Shown: positions 1 through 8,753 of the stretch, one piece after another | Layout: each line of letters starts with the position of its first letter | How positions within the stretch are numbered: the stretch's first letter is position 1 | Assembly: GCA_018817315.1 (NCBI GenBank) | Contig: JAHITV010000018.1 | Span: 12,012 to 76,011 of the forward strand | Direction: 5' to 3' | From: Patescibacteria group bacterium | Lineage (GTDB): Bacteria > Patescibacteriota > Patescibacteriia > UBA1558 > UBA10009 | DNA: 64,000 bases | Translations under genes and position numbers: made by a program | The notes under the pieces: generated by a model | The model's database searches: none | What the model was told of the DNA's origin: nothing | Seen by the model: the letters and a program-made list of their open reading frames with translations, nothing else

Positions 1-378
1 CTTTCTGTCATGGTTACAGAAAAAGGTGGCAAAACTATTGCTGAAGCTTTAAAGATCACTCCTACAGATATTATTAAACGGCTTTCAGGATTGCCCAGTA
101 GAAAAATTCATTGCAGTGTTTTGGGTGATAAAGCTTTGGAAGCGGCTATTAATGATTATTTTCAAAGAACAAATCAAAAAGAAAGGATTAAGGCAAGCGG
201 CTCCAGAGTAATTGATAAAGAATTAAACATTACTGATAAAGATATTGAACAAGCAGTTAAAGACGGAGCTAAAACTTTAGAGGAAGTTCAGCAAAAAACC
301 AAGGTTGGCTTAGGTGATCCTAATTGTTTGCCAGAAGCAGAGGAGTTAGTAAGGTTTTATGTGGAGAAGTATTATTAG
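1..378 (+). CDS. NifU/IscU-like Fe-S cluster assembly protein, C-terminal part (5' end of gene lies outside the window)
   Basis: The ORF is open to the window edge. The motif 'KIHCSVLGDKALEAAINDY' matches the conserved C-terminal Cys region of IscU/NifU scaffolds, and a BFD-like segment follows. Confidence 0.5.
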   Translation, partial: LSVMVTEKGGKTIAEALKITPTDIIKRLSGLPSRKIHCSVLGDKALEAAINDYFQRTNQKERIKASGSRVIDKELNITDKDIEQAVKDGAKTLEEVQQKTKVGLGDPNCLPEAEELVRFYVEKYY

Positions 379-458
379 TAACCAGTAACCAGTAATCAGT
401 AATCAGCCCGCCCGGCACGCCTTTGGCGTAGCCAAGGCGGATGGGTAACCAGTAATCG
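378..458. repeat. Tandem heptad repeats (GTAACCA/GTAATCA x4) flanking a GC-rich hairpin (407-446)
   Basis: Direct reading: gtaaccagtaaccagtaatcagtaatcag, then cccgcccggcacgcctttggcgtagccaaggcggatggg, then gtaaccagtaatcgg. A related heptad family recurs at 57997-58091. Confidence 0.6.
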
Positions 459-503
459 GGGGATTGACTTGTCAATAATTTAGGGCAGGTGTAGGGTAAA
501 AGT

Positions 504-1154
504 ATGGATTATCTTGGTATAAAAATTGACCATTTTGAGCAAAGTGGCTTTAGAATAAAGGCGGAAAATAAGGTTATTTACCTTGATCCCAGCAATCTTA
601 AAGCAGAGCAGGTGGAAAAAGCAGATTTTATTTTAATTACCCATGAGCATTTTGACCATTGCAGTGTTAATGACCTTAAAAAGATCATTGCTCCCGAGAC
701 TATAGTCATTGCTCCGGCTCAGTGCCAGCAACATCTTAAAACTTTAAAAGTAAAGGAGATAATTTATGTTTATCCGAATCAGGCTTTGGCTTTGGATGGC
801 ATAAAAGTGGAAACAGTGCCGGCTTATAATTTAGATAAATTCCGTTCTACTGGAATGGTTTATCATCCTAAAGAAGATGAAAAAGTTGGGTATATTGTAG
901 AAATTCAGGGAGTAAGGATTTATCATGCTGGTGATACTGATAATATTCCAGAAATGGCAAAGCTTTCTCATATTGATATTGCGATGGTACCAGTCAGCGG
1001 GACTTATGTGATGACTTGGCAAGAAGCAGTGGCGGCTTTAGAGGTTATTAAGCCAAAATTAGCCATTCCTATGCATTATGGCAGTATTATAGGCTCAAAA
1101 GAGGACGCAGAAAAACTTAAAAATTCAGCTGATTGTCCTGTAGAAATTATTTAA
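504..1154 (+). CDS. MBL-fold metal-dependent hydrolase (metallo-beta-lactamase superfamily)
   Basis: The HxHxDH motif 'ILITHEHFDH' is present, followed by downstream His/Asp ligands (HAGDTD ... MHYG). Length is 216 aa. Confidence 0.7.
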   Translation: MDYLGIKIDHFEQSGFRIKAENKVIYLDPSNLKAEQVEKADFILITHEHFDHCSVNDLKKIIAPETIVIAPAQCQQHLKTLKVKEIIYVYPNQALALDGIKVETVPAYNLDKFRSTGMVYHPKEDEKVGYIVEIQGVRIYHAGDTDNIPEMAKLSHIDIAMVPVSGTYVMTWQEAVAALEVIKPKLAIPMHYGSIIGSKEDAEKLKNSADCPVEII

Positions 1155-1347
1155 AAACAGCTATGTTTGTTTTTTTTGTCAGAGTCGGTTATAATTAAGG
1201 TTGCGTTTTGGTTTATCCACAAGGACAAGAAAAAATCAATATATAGTGTTATAATAACCCTTGGGACTACTACATCTAGTAGTCTCAAATTATCTCAAAT
1301 TAAGGAATAATTAAGCTGAAAAGCAATTTTTTATATAAATTATACTT

Positions 1348-4224
1348 ATGGCTTTATATTCAACTTCAGCTGATGAGAAATTTACCGAAGATTATGCCGT
1401 TAAAACAGCCGAGGAAGAGGAATTTAAGGATAATCATGATAATTTTGTTTCAACTGGTAAAAAAACAGGAGGTTTAGAGGTAAAAAGACACTTCACCAAA
1501 GAAGGCATGCATCCTTATGAGGAAGTTAATTGGGAATTTAGAGAAGCTTCTATTACCAATGACAAAGGAGAGGTAGTTTTTTCCCAAAAGGAGGTGCAAA
1601 TCCCCAGTTCTTGGTCGCAGACCGCCACTAACATTGCTGTTTCCCATTATTTTCGCGGCCGTCTAGGCACTAAAGAAAGAGAAACAAGCGTTAAACAGAT
1701 GGTGGATCGGGTAGCTAAGACCATTACCTCTTGGGGCAAAGAGCAGAATTACTTTAAAACAGAGGAGGACGCGGATATTTATGAGAAAGAATTAACCTAT
1801 TTACTAATTAACCAGTACGCCGCTTTTAATTCACCGGTTTGGTATAATGTTGGTTTAAGCGAGCACCCCCAATGCAGTGCTTGTTTTATTAATTCTGTCC
1901 AGGACGACATGCGTTCCATTCTTAATTTAACAGCTACAGAAGGCATGTTATTTAAATATGGCTCTGGTACCGGCACTAATCTTTCTGTTTTAAGATCCTC
2001 TAAAGAATATCTGTCTGATTCTTCTGGTAAAGCTTCTGGACCAGTATCTTTTATGAAGGGTTTTGATGCTTTTGCCGGAGTAATCAAATCAGGCGGCAAA
2101 ACCAGAAGAGCGGCCAAAATGGTTATTTTAAACATTGATCATCCGGATATAAAAGAATTTATTAATTGTAAAGCTTTAGAAGAAAAAAAGGCCTGGGCTT
2201 TAATAGAAATGGGTTATGACGGAACATTAAATGGTGAAGCTTATGCTTCTGTTTTTTTTCAGAATGCCAATAATAGCGTGCGCGTTACTGATGGGTTTAT
2301 GCAGGCCGTGGAAAATGACGGTCAATGGAAAACCAGATATGTAAAAACTAAAGAAGCAGCTGATACTTACCGTGCCAGAGATTTAATGAAGCAAATAACC
2401 GAAGCTGCTTGGATTTGCGGTGATCCCGGCTTACAGTTTGATACTATCATTAATGAATGGCATACCTGTATTAATTCCGGACGCATTAATGCCTCTAATC
2501 CTTGCAGTGAATTTATGTTTTTGGATGATTCATCCTGTAATTTAGCTTCACTTAACTTAATGAAATTCAGAAACAAAGATAATGGCTTTAATATTGAATC
2601 TTTTAAAAAAGCAGTAGAAATAATTATTATTGCTCAAGAAATAATCGTGGATAACGCCAGTTACCCCACACCAGCCATTACTCAAACTTCTTATGATTTT
2701 AGACCATTGGGTTTAGGTTATGCTAATTTAGGAGCACTATTAATGAGTTTGGGTTTGGGTTATGACGGTGATGAAGGCCGCAATTATGCTGCAGCAATCA
2801 CTTCTTTAATGACTGGACAGGCTTATTTACAATCAGCAAAAACCGCTGCTTTTAAAGGACCTTTTAAATATTTTGAGCTAAATAAAGAGCCAATGTTAAA
2901 AGTTATTGGTATGCATCAGGTTGCTGCCAATAAAATTGACAACAGAGGAGTAGCAGCTAGTTTATTGCAGGCCGGTAAAGAGGTTTGGGACAAAGCTTTG
3001 GTTTTTGGCAAGCAGGCAGGTTTTAGAAATGCTCAAGTTTCTTTACTTGCTCCTACTGGTACTATTGGTTTTTTAATGGATTGTGATACTACCGGTGTTG
3101 AACCGGATATTGCCTTGGTTAAATATAAATGGTTGGTAGGGGGTGGGATGATGAAGATTGTTAATAGTGTTGTGCCTTTAGCTTTGAAAAATTTAGGTTA
3201 TTTACCGGAAGAAATTGATAGTATTTTAGAATATATTGATGAAAACGAAACTATTGAGGGGGCGCCTAAGTTAAAGGAGGAGCATCTACCTGTTTTTGAT
3301 TGCGCCTTTAAACCTAAAAAAGGTAAACGTAGTATTCATTATATGGGGCATATAAAAATAATGGGAGCAGTGCAACCGTTTCTTTCTGGGGCAATTTCTA
3401 AAACTGTTAATATGCCCCATGAAGCTACAACCGAAGATATAGAAGAAGTTTATTTGACTGCTTGGAAACTCGGTATAAAAGCCATTGCTATTTATCGTGA
3501 TGGTTCTAAACGTACTCAACCACTTACTACTTCACTTGATGGTGAAGCAAAAGTTAAAAGCGAGGTAATAAAGCCTGCCAGAAAAAGATTACCGGATGAA
3601 CGGCAAGCCATCACTCATAAATTTTCCATTGCTAATCATGAAGGTTATATGACCGTAGGTTTGTATGAAAACGGAGTACCAGGGGAAATATTTATTACTA
3701 TGTCTAAAGAAGGCAGTGTTATTTCTGGCTTGATGGATTCTTTTGCCACAGCTGTTTCTGTGGGATTGCAATATGGCGTGCCTTTAAAAGTTTTAGTTAA
3801 TCGTTTTATTCATTCCCGTTTTGAACCTTCTGGTTTTACTAATAATCCTAATATTAGAATAGCTAAATCAATCGTGGATTATATTTTTAGATGGTTGGCT
3901 TTAAAATTTTTGCCGCCGGAAGATTTGATGTATGTAGGGCTTAATAATGTGGAGTCGCTAACTAATGGCAATGGCAAAAGTGATTTAGAAAAACTGACAA
4001 AAGTGGCTGATGAAGAAGCTATTAAACATGAAAAGAATGTTAATGAAGATACAGAGGAAGAGAACATAATTTATCAACAGGTGACTATGGATTTAAGAGG
4101 TGATAAAGAAACTTTTGATATGCAATCTGATGCTCCGATTTGCGATACTTGCGGTTCTATGATGGTTAGAAACGGGTCCTGTTACCGGTGTATGAATTGT
4201 GGCAGTACCAGTGGTTGTTCTTAA
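1348..4224 (+). CDS. nrdJ: Class II (adenosylcobalamin-dependent) ribonucleotide reductase
   Basis: The N-terminal 'EVQIPSSWSQTATNIAVSHYFRG' is NrdJ-type. The active-site 'SNPCSEF' (N-x-C-x-E) is present, as is a C-terminal CxxC...CxxC zinc ribbon. Length is 958 aa. Confidence 0.85.
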   Translation: MALYSTSADEKFTEDYAVKTAEEEEFKDNHDNFVSTGKKTGGLEVKRHFTKEGMHPYEEVNWEFREASITNDKGEVVFSQKEVQIPSSWSQTATNIAVSHYFRGRLGTKERETSVKQMVDRVAKTITSWGKEQNYFKTEEDADIYEKELTYLLINQYAAFNSPVWYNVGLSEHPQCSACFINSVQDDMRSILNLTATEGMLFKYGSGTGTNLSVLRSSKEYLSDSSGKASGPVSFMKGFDAFAGVIKSGGKTRRAAKMVILNIDHPDIKEFINCKALEEKKAWALIEMGYDGTLNGEAYASVFFQNANNSVRVTDGFMQAVENDGQWKTRYVKTKEAADTYRARDLMKQITEAAWICGDPGLQFDTIINEWHTCINSGRINASNPCSEFMFLDDSSCNLASLNLMKFRNKDNGFNIESFKKAVEIIIIAQEIIVDNASYPTPAITQTSYDFRPLGLGYANLGALLMSLGLGYDGDEGRNYAAAITSLMTGQAYLQSAKTAAFKGPFKYFELNKEPMLKVIGMHQVAANKIDNRGVAASLLQAGKEVWDKALVFGKQAGFRNAQVSLLAPTGTIGFLMDCDTTGVEPDIALVKYKWLVGGGMMKIVNSVVPLALKNLGYLPEEIDSILEYIDENETIEGAPKLKEEHLPVFDCAFKPKKGKRSIHYMGHIKIMGAVQPFLSGAISKTVNMPHEATTEDIEEVYLTAWKLGIKAIAIYRDGSKRTQPLTTSLDGEAKVKSEVIKPARKRLPDERQAITHKFSIANHEGYMTVGLYENGVPGEIFITMSKEGSVISGLMDSFATAVSVGLQYGVPLKVLVNRFIHSRFEPSGFTNNPNIRIAKSIVDYIFRWLALKFLPPEDLMYVGLNNVESLTNGNGKSDLEKLTKVADEEAIKHEKNVNEDTEEENIIYQQVTMDLRGDKETFDMQSDAPICDTCGSMMVRNGSCYRCMNCGSTSGCS

Positions 4225-4284
4225 TTTTTTGCATTCGGTTGAGTTTTGGTATACAATGTTTATTGTTAATTGAAATAAATTCAG

Positions 4285-4309
4285 CCTTGTCAAGCTCAGC
4301 TTGACAAGG
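4285..4309 (+). terminator. Perfect 11-bp hairpin ccttgtcaagc-tca-gcttgacaagg downstream of nrdJ (terminator, or P1 of the downstream riboswitch)
   Basis: Perfect inverted repeat read directly. It is not followed by a T-run, so its function is uncertain. Confidence 0.4.
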
Positions 4310-4311
4310 GG

Positions 4312-4495
4312 CGATCAGGGAATGGGGTGACTTCTCGACAAGCTCGAAGTTCGAGAATATTCCTCAGCAGTCGCGCTACTGTAATTTAACCTTGATTTTC
4401 TAAGGGTTTTAATATAAGCCCTTCGGGACTTCGACCGAGCTTAGTCGAAGTCTAAACTCAAGGTTGATTAGCCAGAGAACTGATCCTGGATTATT
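4312..4495 (+). ncRNA. Candidate cobalamin (B12) riboswitch aptamer
   Basis: 'cAGGGAAtggGGTGA' (4316-4330) resembles the GGAA..GGTG core. 'GCAGTCGCGCTACTGTAA' (4366-4383) matches the conserved GCnGnCCCGCnACnGTnA element at 17 of 18 constrained positions. 'AGCCAGAGAAC..CCTGG' (4470-4489) is a degenerate B12-box (AGYCMGGAGACCKGCC). Several internal hairpins are present. It sits upstream of a putative B12-uptake operon. Confidence 0.45.
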
Positions 4496-4598
4496 ATAAT
4501 TTTACTTACCTTACTTTTCGCGTTAAAGAGGGGTAGTAATTTTCATCTTTTGTTTTCTCAAGGGGTTTTAAAAAGACTCTTTGAAAAAATAAAAGATA

Positions 4599-4630
4599 AT
4601 TACCCCTCTCTTAAAAAAGAGGGGTAATTT
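4599..4630 (+). terminator. Expression-platform terminator hairpin aattacccctct-cttaaaaa-agaggggtaatt followed by TT; an alternative pairing partner 'agaggggtagtaatt' lies at 4522-4536
   Basis: Perfect 12-bp stem. The upstream copy of the 3' arm could form a competing antiterminator structure, which is the classic riboswitch/attenuator layout. It sits 40 nt upstream of ORF 4671. Confidence 0.5.
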
Positions 4631-4670
4631 TATGGATTTATTCAATATTAAAAAGTATTAAATAAAAATT

Positions 4671-6452
4671 ATGAAAGCCAGAATTAAAATTTTATTTATG
4701 ACTATTTTAATGGTCATAATCAGTTTCCCTGCTAGCTTATTAGTTAAAGCAGAAGTCAGTCAACTAACAATTGATTATTTATTAGCCCAAACCCAGGATC
4801 AATGGATTACTATGGCTTTAGCTGCCAGCGGTAGCAGTAATCTAGATTTGAGTTATTTGGATAATTTTAGTGGATCTTCTGCTAATGATTTTTCTAAAAC
4901 CGTTCTAGCTTTAACCGCAGCTAGTCAGAATCCCTACAATTATAACGGCACTGACTTTATTCAAGGACTTAGTAATTATTATCAGAATAATCAGATCGGT
5001 TCACCGTCTTTATTAAGCGATGATTTTTGGGCTATTCTGGCTTTACGGTCAGCTGGCGTAGAAATCAGCGATAACATTATTCAAGACAGCAAAAATTTTA
5101 TTTTAACTAATCAAAATCCAGACGGCGGCTGGAGTTATGCACCAGGAACTGAAAGTGATACTAATGATACGGCAGCTGCTATAATGGCTTTGTTAGATGC
5201 CGGTCTTTTGTCGAATAATAGTCAGATTCAGTCAGCTGTCAGTTATTTACACGCGCAGCAAAATCCAGACGGCGGCTTTGCTTTTACTGAGGGCGGTCAA
5301 TCAGATTCTGGTTCTGATGCCTGGGTAATCAGTGCCATTTATAAACTAGGAGACGATCCCTTAACCTGGATACAAGGAGAAAATAATCCTCTCGGTCATT
5401 TAGAATCTTTAGGTTTAGCTGACGGTTCGTTTAAATGGATAGCTTCTGATACTCAAGGCAATCCTTTAATGACTGCTTATGCCGCCATAGCTTTAGTTGC
5501 TAAATTTTATCCAGTCAGCTATTATCAGCCTTCTTCCTCCGATTCTCAATTACATCATTTAAGAATTGAAGGAGCAAATAATACTTATTGTGACGCAGAA
5601 GTAGAAGCGGCTAATGCCTTAGAGATTGTGGAAAACGGTGCTACTGTTTGTGGTTATACTTATGAAATTGAACAAACCAGCTGGGGTTCATATTTGGTAG
5701 CTATTAATAATGAAGTTGCCACCGGCACTTTTGGTTGGATGTATCGGGTTAATTGGCTTTCACCTATGGTTGGTGCCAATGATTATATTTTGGAAGAAGG
5801 AGATGAAGTATTATGGGCTTACAGTGAATGGGGCTATCAACCATTAAAGATAAGTTTATCCAACGATCAGGTTCAACTAGGAGAAGAAGTTACAGTCACT
5901 GTAGAATATTTTAATGAAAACGATTGGTTAGCTGCTAATGAAGCCACAGTGTACGCTGGCAGTCAAACTTTGACTACTAATCCCAGTGGGCAAGTTACTG
6001 TTTCTTTTGCTGAAGTTGGTGCTTATAAAATATACGCTGAAAAACAGAATTTTATCCGCAGTCCCAGATTAAGTTTAGTGGTCGGTAGCGGCATTTCCCA
6101 AACAGTGAACATGATTGTGAATATTGATAATTCTACTCCCACAGATTATTTATCCTTTATTATTGATCCTACTGATTTGGATTTTGGCACTTTAAGGCCT
6201 GGTGGAAATACTCTCAATAATCTTACGGTTATTAATAACGGTACAGTTACTTTTCATCTAGAAGCTATAGTTAGCGGAGATTCTTTATTTGAAGGAAATA
6301 CTTACTTAAATGAATCTTTGTGGGAAGATTATAGCGATAATTATGGTGTTAATCAGTCAAAGGAGGTAGAGGTTGATTTAAGAGTTCCAGAAGATTTCAA
6401 CAGCAGTGGTCAAAAAAATGGCAGTTTGATTTTTTGGGCTTCTAGAAATTAA
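4671..6452 (+). CDS. Secreted transcobalamin-like protein: prenyltransferase/squalene-oxidase alpha/alpha-toroid repeats + DUF4430-like beta domain + C-terminal beta-rich extension
   Basis: N-terminal signal/TM. Repeated 'QNPDGGWSYA' and 'QNPDGGFAFT' (QxxDGGW repeats). The central 'GTFGWMYRVNW...GANDYILEEGDEVLWAY' matches the DUF4430 (transcobalamin beta-domain-like) pattern. Length is 593 aa. Confidence 0.5.
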   Translation: MKARIKILFMTILMVIISFPASLLVKAEVSQLTIDYLLAQTQDQWITMALAASGSSNLDLSYLDNFSGSSANDFSKTVLALTAASQNPYNYNGTDFIQGLSNYYQNNQIGSPSLLSDDFWAILALRSAGVEISDNIIQDSKNFILTNQNPDGGWSYAPGTESDTNDTAAAIMALLDAGLLSNNSQIQSAVSYLHAQQNPDGGFAFTEGGQSDSGSDAWVISAIYKLGDDPLTWIQGENNPLGHLESLGLADGSFKWIASDTQGNPLMTAYAAIALVAKFYPVSYYQPSSSDSQLHHLRIEGANNTYCDAEVEAANALEIVENGATVCGYTYEIEQTSWGSYLVAINNEVATGTFGWMYRVNWLSPMVGANDYILEEGDEVLWAYSEWGYQPLKISLSNDQVQLGEEVTVTVEYFNENDWLAANEATVYAGSQTLTTNPSGQVTVSFAEVGAYKIYAEKQNFIRSPRLSLVVGSGISQTVNMIVNIDNSTPTDYLSFIIDPTDLDFGTLRPGGNTLNNLTVINNGTVTFHLEAIVSGDSLFEGNTYLNESLWEDYSDNYGVNQSKEVEVDLRVPEDFNSSGQKNGSLIFWASRN

Positions 6453-6467
6453 AGCAATTTTTCTCAA

Positions 6468-7046
6468 ATGATTATTATGAAAAGAATATTATTAATTTTA
6501 TTTGTTACTTTAGGATGGATTTTAACAGTTTCAGCAGCAGGAATTGCCGTTACTCCCACTAAATTGTTTTTTCAGTCAGAAGTAAAGAGTTCTAAAACTC
6601 AAACATTGACAGTTAAAAATATTTCACCATCGCCTTTGATTTATAATCTTTACAGCGATGAACTTACTGATCAGATTGTTATTCAACCGCAGTCTCTGCG
6701 TTTGGATCCAACTGAAAGCCAGAGAGTAGAAATTACCATAAAGCCACGTTACACAGGCGTTTATATAACCAATATTTCCATTTTGGCTCAAAATTTAGAT
6801 AAACGTGAGTTTAATGCTATTGCTGCTATTAAAGTTCCTTTAGAGATGAGAGTCTTTCCTAAAGAGGGATCATTTTTGTCCAAAATGTATTTATGGTTTA
6901 TAATTAGTTTTACTGCTTTAGTAATTTTGTTAATCATCTTTATAATTATCAGCAAAAGAAAAAAACGTTCGTTTTGGCAGAAAGTCGGACAAGCGGTCAA
7001 TTTACTGGATCATCATAAAAAACCGTGGTGGAAAAAATTTATTTAA
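6468..7046 (+). CDS. Hypothetical surface protein with N-terminal signal peptide and C-terminal TM anchor plus basic tail (SKRKKR)
   Basis: Called from hydrophobicity pattern only. Length is 192 aa. Confidence 0.4.
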   Translation: MIIMKRILLILFVTLGWILTVSAAGIAVTPTKLFFQSEVKSSKTQTLTVKNISPSPLIYNLYSDELTDQIVIQPQSLRLDPTESQRVEITIKPRYTGVYITNISILAQNLDKREFNAIAAIKVPLEMRVFPKEGSFLSKMYLWFIISFTALVILLIIFIIISKRKKRSFWQKVGQAVNLLDHHKKPWWKKFI

Positions 7047-7055
7047 AAATTTGAT

Positions 7056-7616
7056 GTGGATAATATGTCAGAAAACACCTTTGGCAAAATTCATGTTTAT
7101 ACCGGCGATGGTAAGGGTAAAACAACAGCGGCTTTAGGTTTGGCTATTAGAGCGTTGGGTAATAATAAAAAAATAGCTATTATTTATTTTGATAAAGGCG
7201 GAGATTTTTATAATGAAAGAAAAGTTTTAGACCAGTTAATAGGTAATAATTTTCAGTATTTTGTCACTGGTCAGCAAAGATTTGATCCCCTGAAAAAAGT
7301 TTTTAGATTTGGCGTAGAAGCAGAGGACAAAGCTGAAGCTTTAAGGGGATTAAACATTATTGAAAGATTATTCAATGAGGCCACCGTAGATTTATTGATT
7401 CTGGACGAAATCAATCCAGCCATTCATTTAGGTTTAGTGGAACTGGAAATGTTTTTGAAAATTCTGGAAAAAAGACCTTCCCAGATAGAATTGATTTTAA
7501 CCGGCCGTAATGCAACTCCTCAAGTTTTAGCCAAAGCAGATTTAATCACAGAAATGAAGGAAGTTAAACATTATTTTAATGAAGGCCTTAAAGCCAGAGA
7601 AGGTATAGAATATTAA
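7056..7616 (+). CDS. cobA: ATP:cob(I)alamin adenosyltransferase (CobA/CobO/BtuR family, EC 2.5.1.17)
   Basis: The P-loop 'KIHVYTGDGKGKTTAALGLAIRALG' matches the CobA signature 'VFTGNGKGKTTAAFG'. 'LILDEI', 'LILTGR' and C-terminal 'VKHYFNEGLKAREGIEY' align with the CobA C-terminus. Confidence 0.85.
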   Translation: MDNMSENTFGKIHVYTGDGKGKTTAALGLAIRALGNNKKIAIIYFDKGGDFYNERKVLDQLIGNNFQYFVTGQQRFDPLKKVFRFGVEAEDKAEALRGLNIIERLFNEATVDLLILDEINPAIHLGLVELEMFLKILEKRPSQIELILTGRNATPQVLAKADLITEMKEVKHYFNEGLKAREGIEY

Positions 7617-7633
7617 GAATTTAATAATAAATT

Positions 7634-8074
7634 ATGAAAAATATTAAATTTGTTATCATTGCTTTAATTTTTTTGGTGGTAGGGTTTTTTGCTGGTCAAA
7701 GTTATCAGTTAAATCCCGTTGTTCAAAACTCAACCGTGGAGAATAAAGAACAGCAGGAATTATCTGATATTACTATTTCAATCAAGTTTGACGAGAATAA
7801 TATCAGAGAGATTCAGAATTTAATTATTTCCCAAGATCAAACAGTTTTGGATTTACTTACCAAAGTTGCCGAGGAAAATGATCTAGCTTTTAAAACCCAG
7901 GATTACGGCGATTTAGGTATGCTAGTCACTCAAATAGGGGATAAAGTTAATGGTCAGAATAATAAATATTGGCAGTATTATATTAATGGAGAATTTGCTG
8001 CTGTCGGTGCCGATCAATATAAACTTACAGGCAAAGAAAGAATAGAATGGCAATTTAGCGAAAGTGAATTTTAA
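7634..8074 (+). CDS. DUF4430-family (transcobalamin beta-domain-like) secreted/membrane-anchored protein
   Basis: N-terminal TM/signal. 'KYWQYYINGEFAAVGADQYKLTGKERIEWQF' fits the DUF4430 pattern (W.YyvNg...ga..y.L.dgD.I.w.y). Length is 146 aa. Confidence 0.55.
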   Translation: MKNIKFVIIALIFLVVGFFAGQSYQLNPVVQNSTVENKEQQELSDITISIKFDENNIREIQNLIISQDQTVLDLLTKVAEENDLAFKTQDYGDLGMLVTQIGDKVNGQNNKYWQYYINGEFAAVGADQYKLTGKERIEWQFSESEF

Positions 8075-8101
8075 TTAATAATTTTTTATAATATCAACTA
8101 T

Positions 8102-8653
8102 ATGAAAAGTAAAACTTTAATTTTGGGAATTTTAATTTTATTTATTGTTGGTCTGGTTATGAGACTAGCACCACATCCAGCAAATTTTAGCCCAGTGGCA
8201 GCTATAGCTTTATTTGCTGGTTATTATCTATCTAAAAGATGGGCAATTATTCTGCCAATAGCGGTAATGTTGTTAACAGATATCTTGATAGGTTTTTATG
8301 ATTGGAAATTAATGCTGGCGGTGTACAGTTGTATAATGCTGGCAGGTGTAGTTGGCATAATAATCAGAAAAAGTAAGAGTGTTTTGAATGTGTTAACTGC
8401 TACTTTGGTAATTTCTTTAAGCTTTTTTATTGTCACTAATTTAGCAGTCTGGTTATTTTCTCCTTGGTATGCCCATAATTGGTCTGGTTTGATGTTATGT
8501 TATACTTTAGCGGTGCCATTCTTTAAAAACACTTTAGCAGGAAATCTATTTTTTGTAACTGTTTTCTTTGGCAGTTTTGAATTAATTAGACAGTTTTTAG
8601 CTAAAGGAGTTATTGATTTAAGACAGAATTATAAATCAACATTTTTGAAATAA
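8102..8653 (+). CDS. Small polytopic membrane protein (about 6 TM), ECF S-component-like; possible vitamin/cobalamin transporter by genomic context
   Basis: 183 aa and about 6 hydrophobic helices, a size and topology typical of ECF S-components. Function is inferred only from neighbours. Confidence 0.3.
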   Translation: MKSKTLILGILILFIVGLVMRLAPHPANFSPVAAIALFAGYYLSKRWAIILPIAVMLLTDILIGFYDWKLMLAVYSCIMLAGVVGIIIRKSKSVLNVLTATLVISLSFFIVTNLAVWLFSPWYAHNWSGLMLCYTLAVPFFKNTLAGNLFFVTVFFGSFELIRQFLAKGVIDLRQNYKSTFLK

Positions 8654-8753
8654 ATTATCCTTTGATTATAAAAAACCTTGTATCGAATCAAGCTTGATGG
8701 TACAAGGTTTTTTTGTTGCAGACAATTTTAAAATTTTTTGCTATAATAATTAT

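Noticed and set aside
1237-1252. Possible NrdR-box-like palindrome (caatatatagtg) overlapping an extended -10 (TGtTATAAT) upstream of nrdJ
   Set aside because: It is a single AT-rich half-palindrome in AT-rich DNA. There is no second box and no nrdR gene seen in the window. The extended -10 promoter alone is plausible but unproven.
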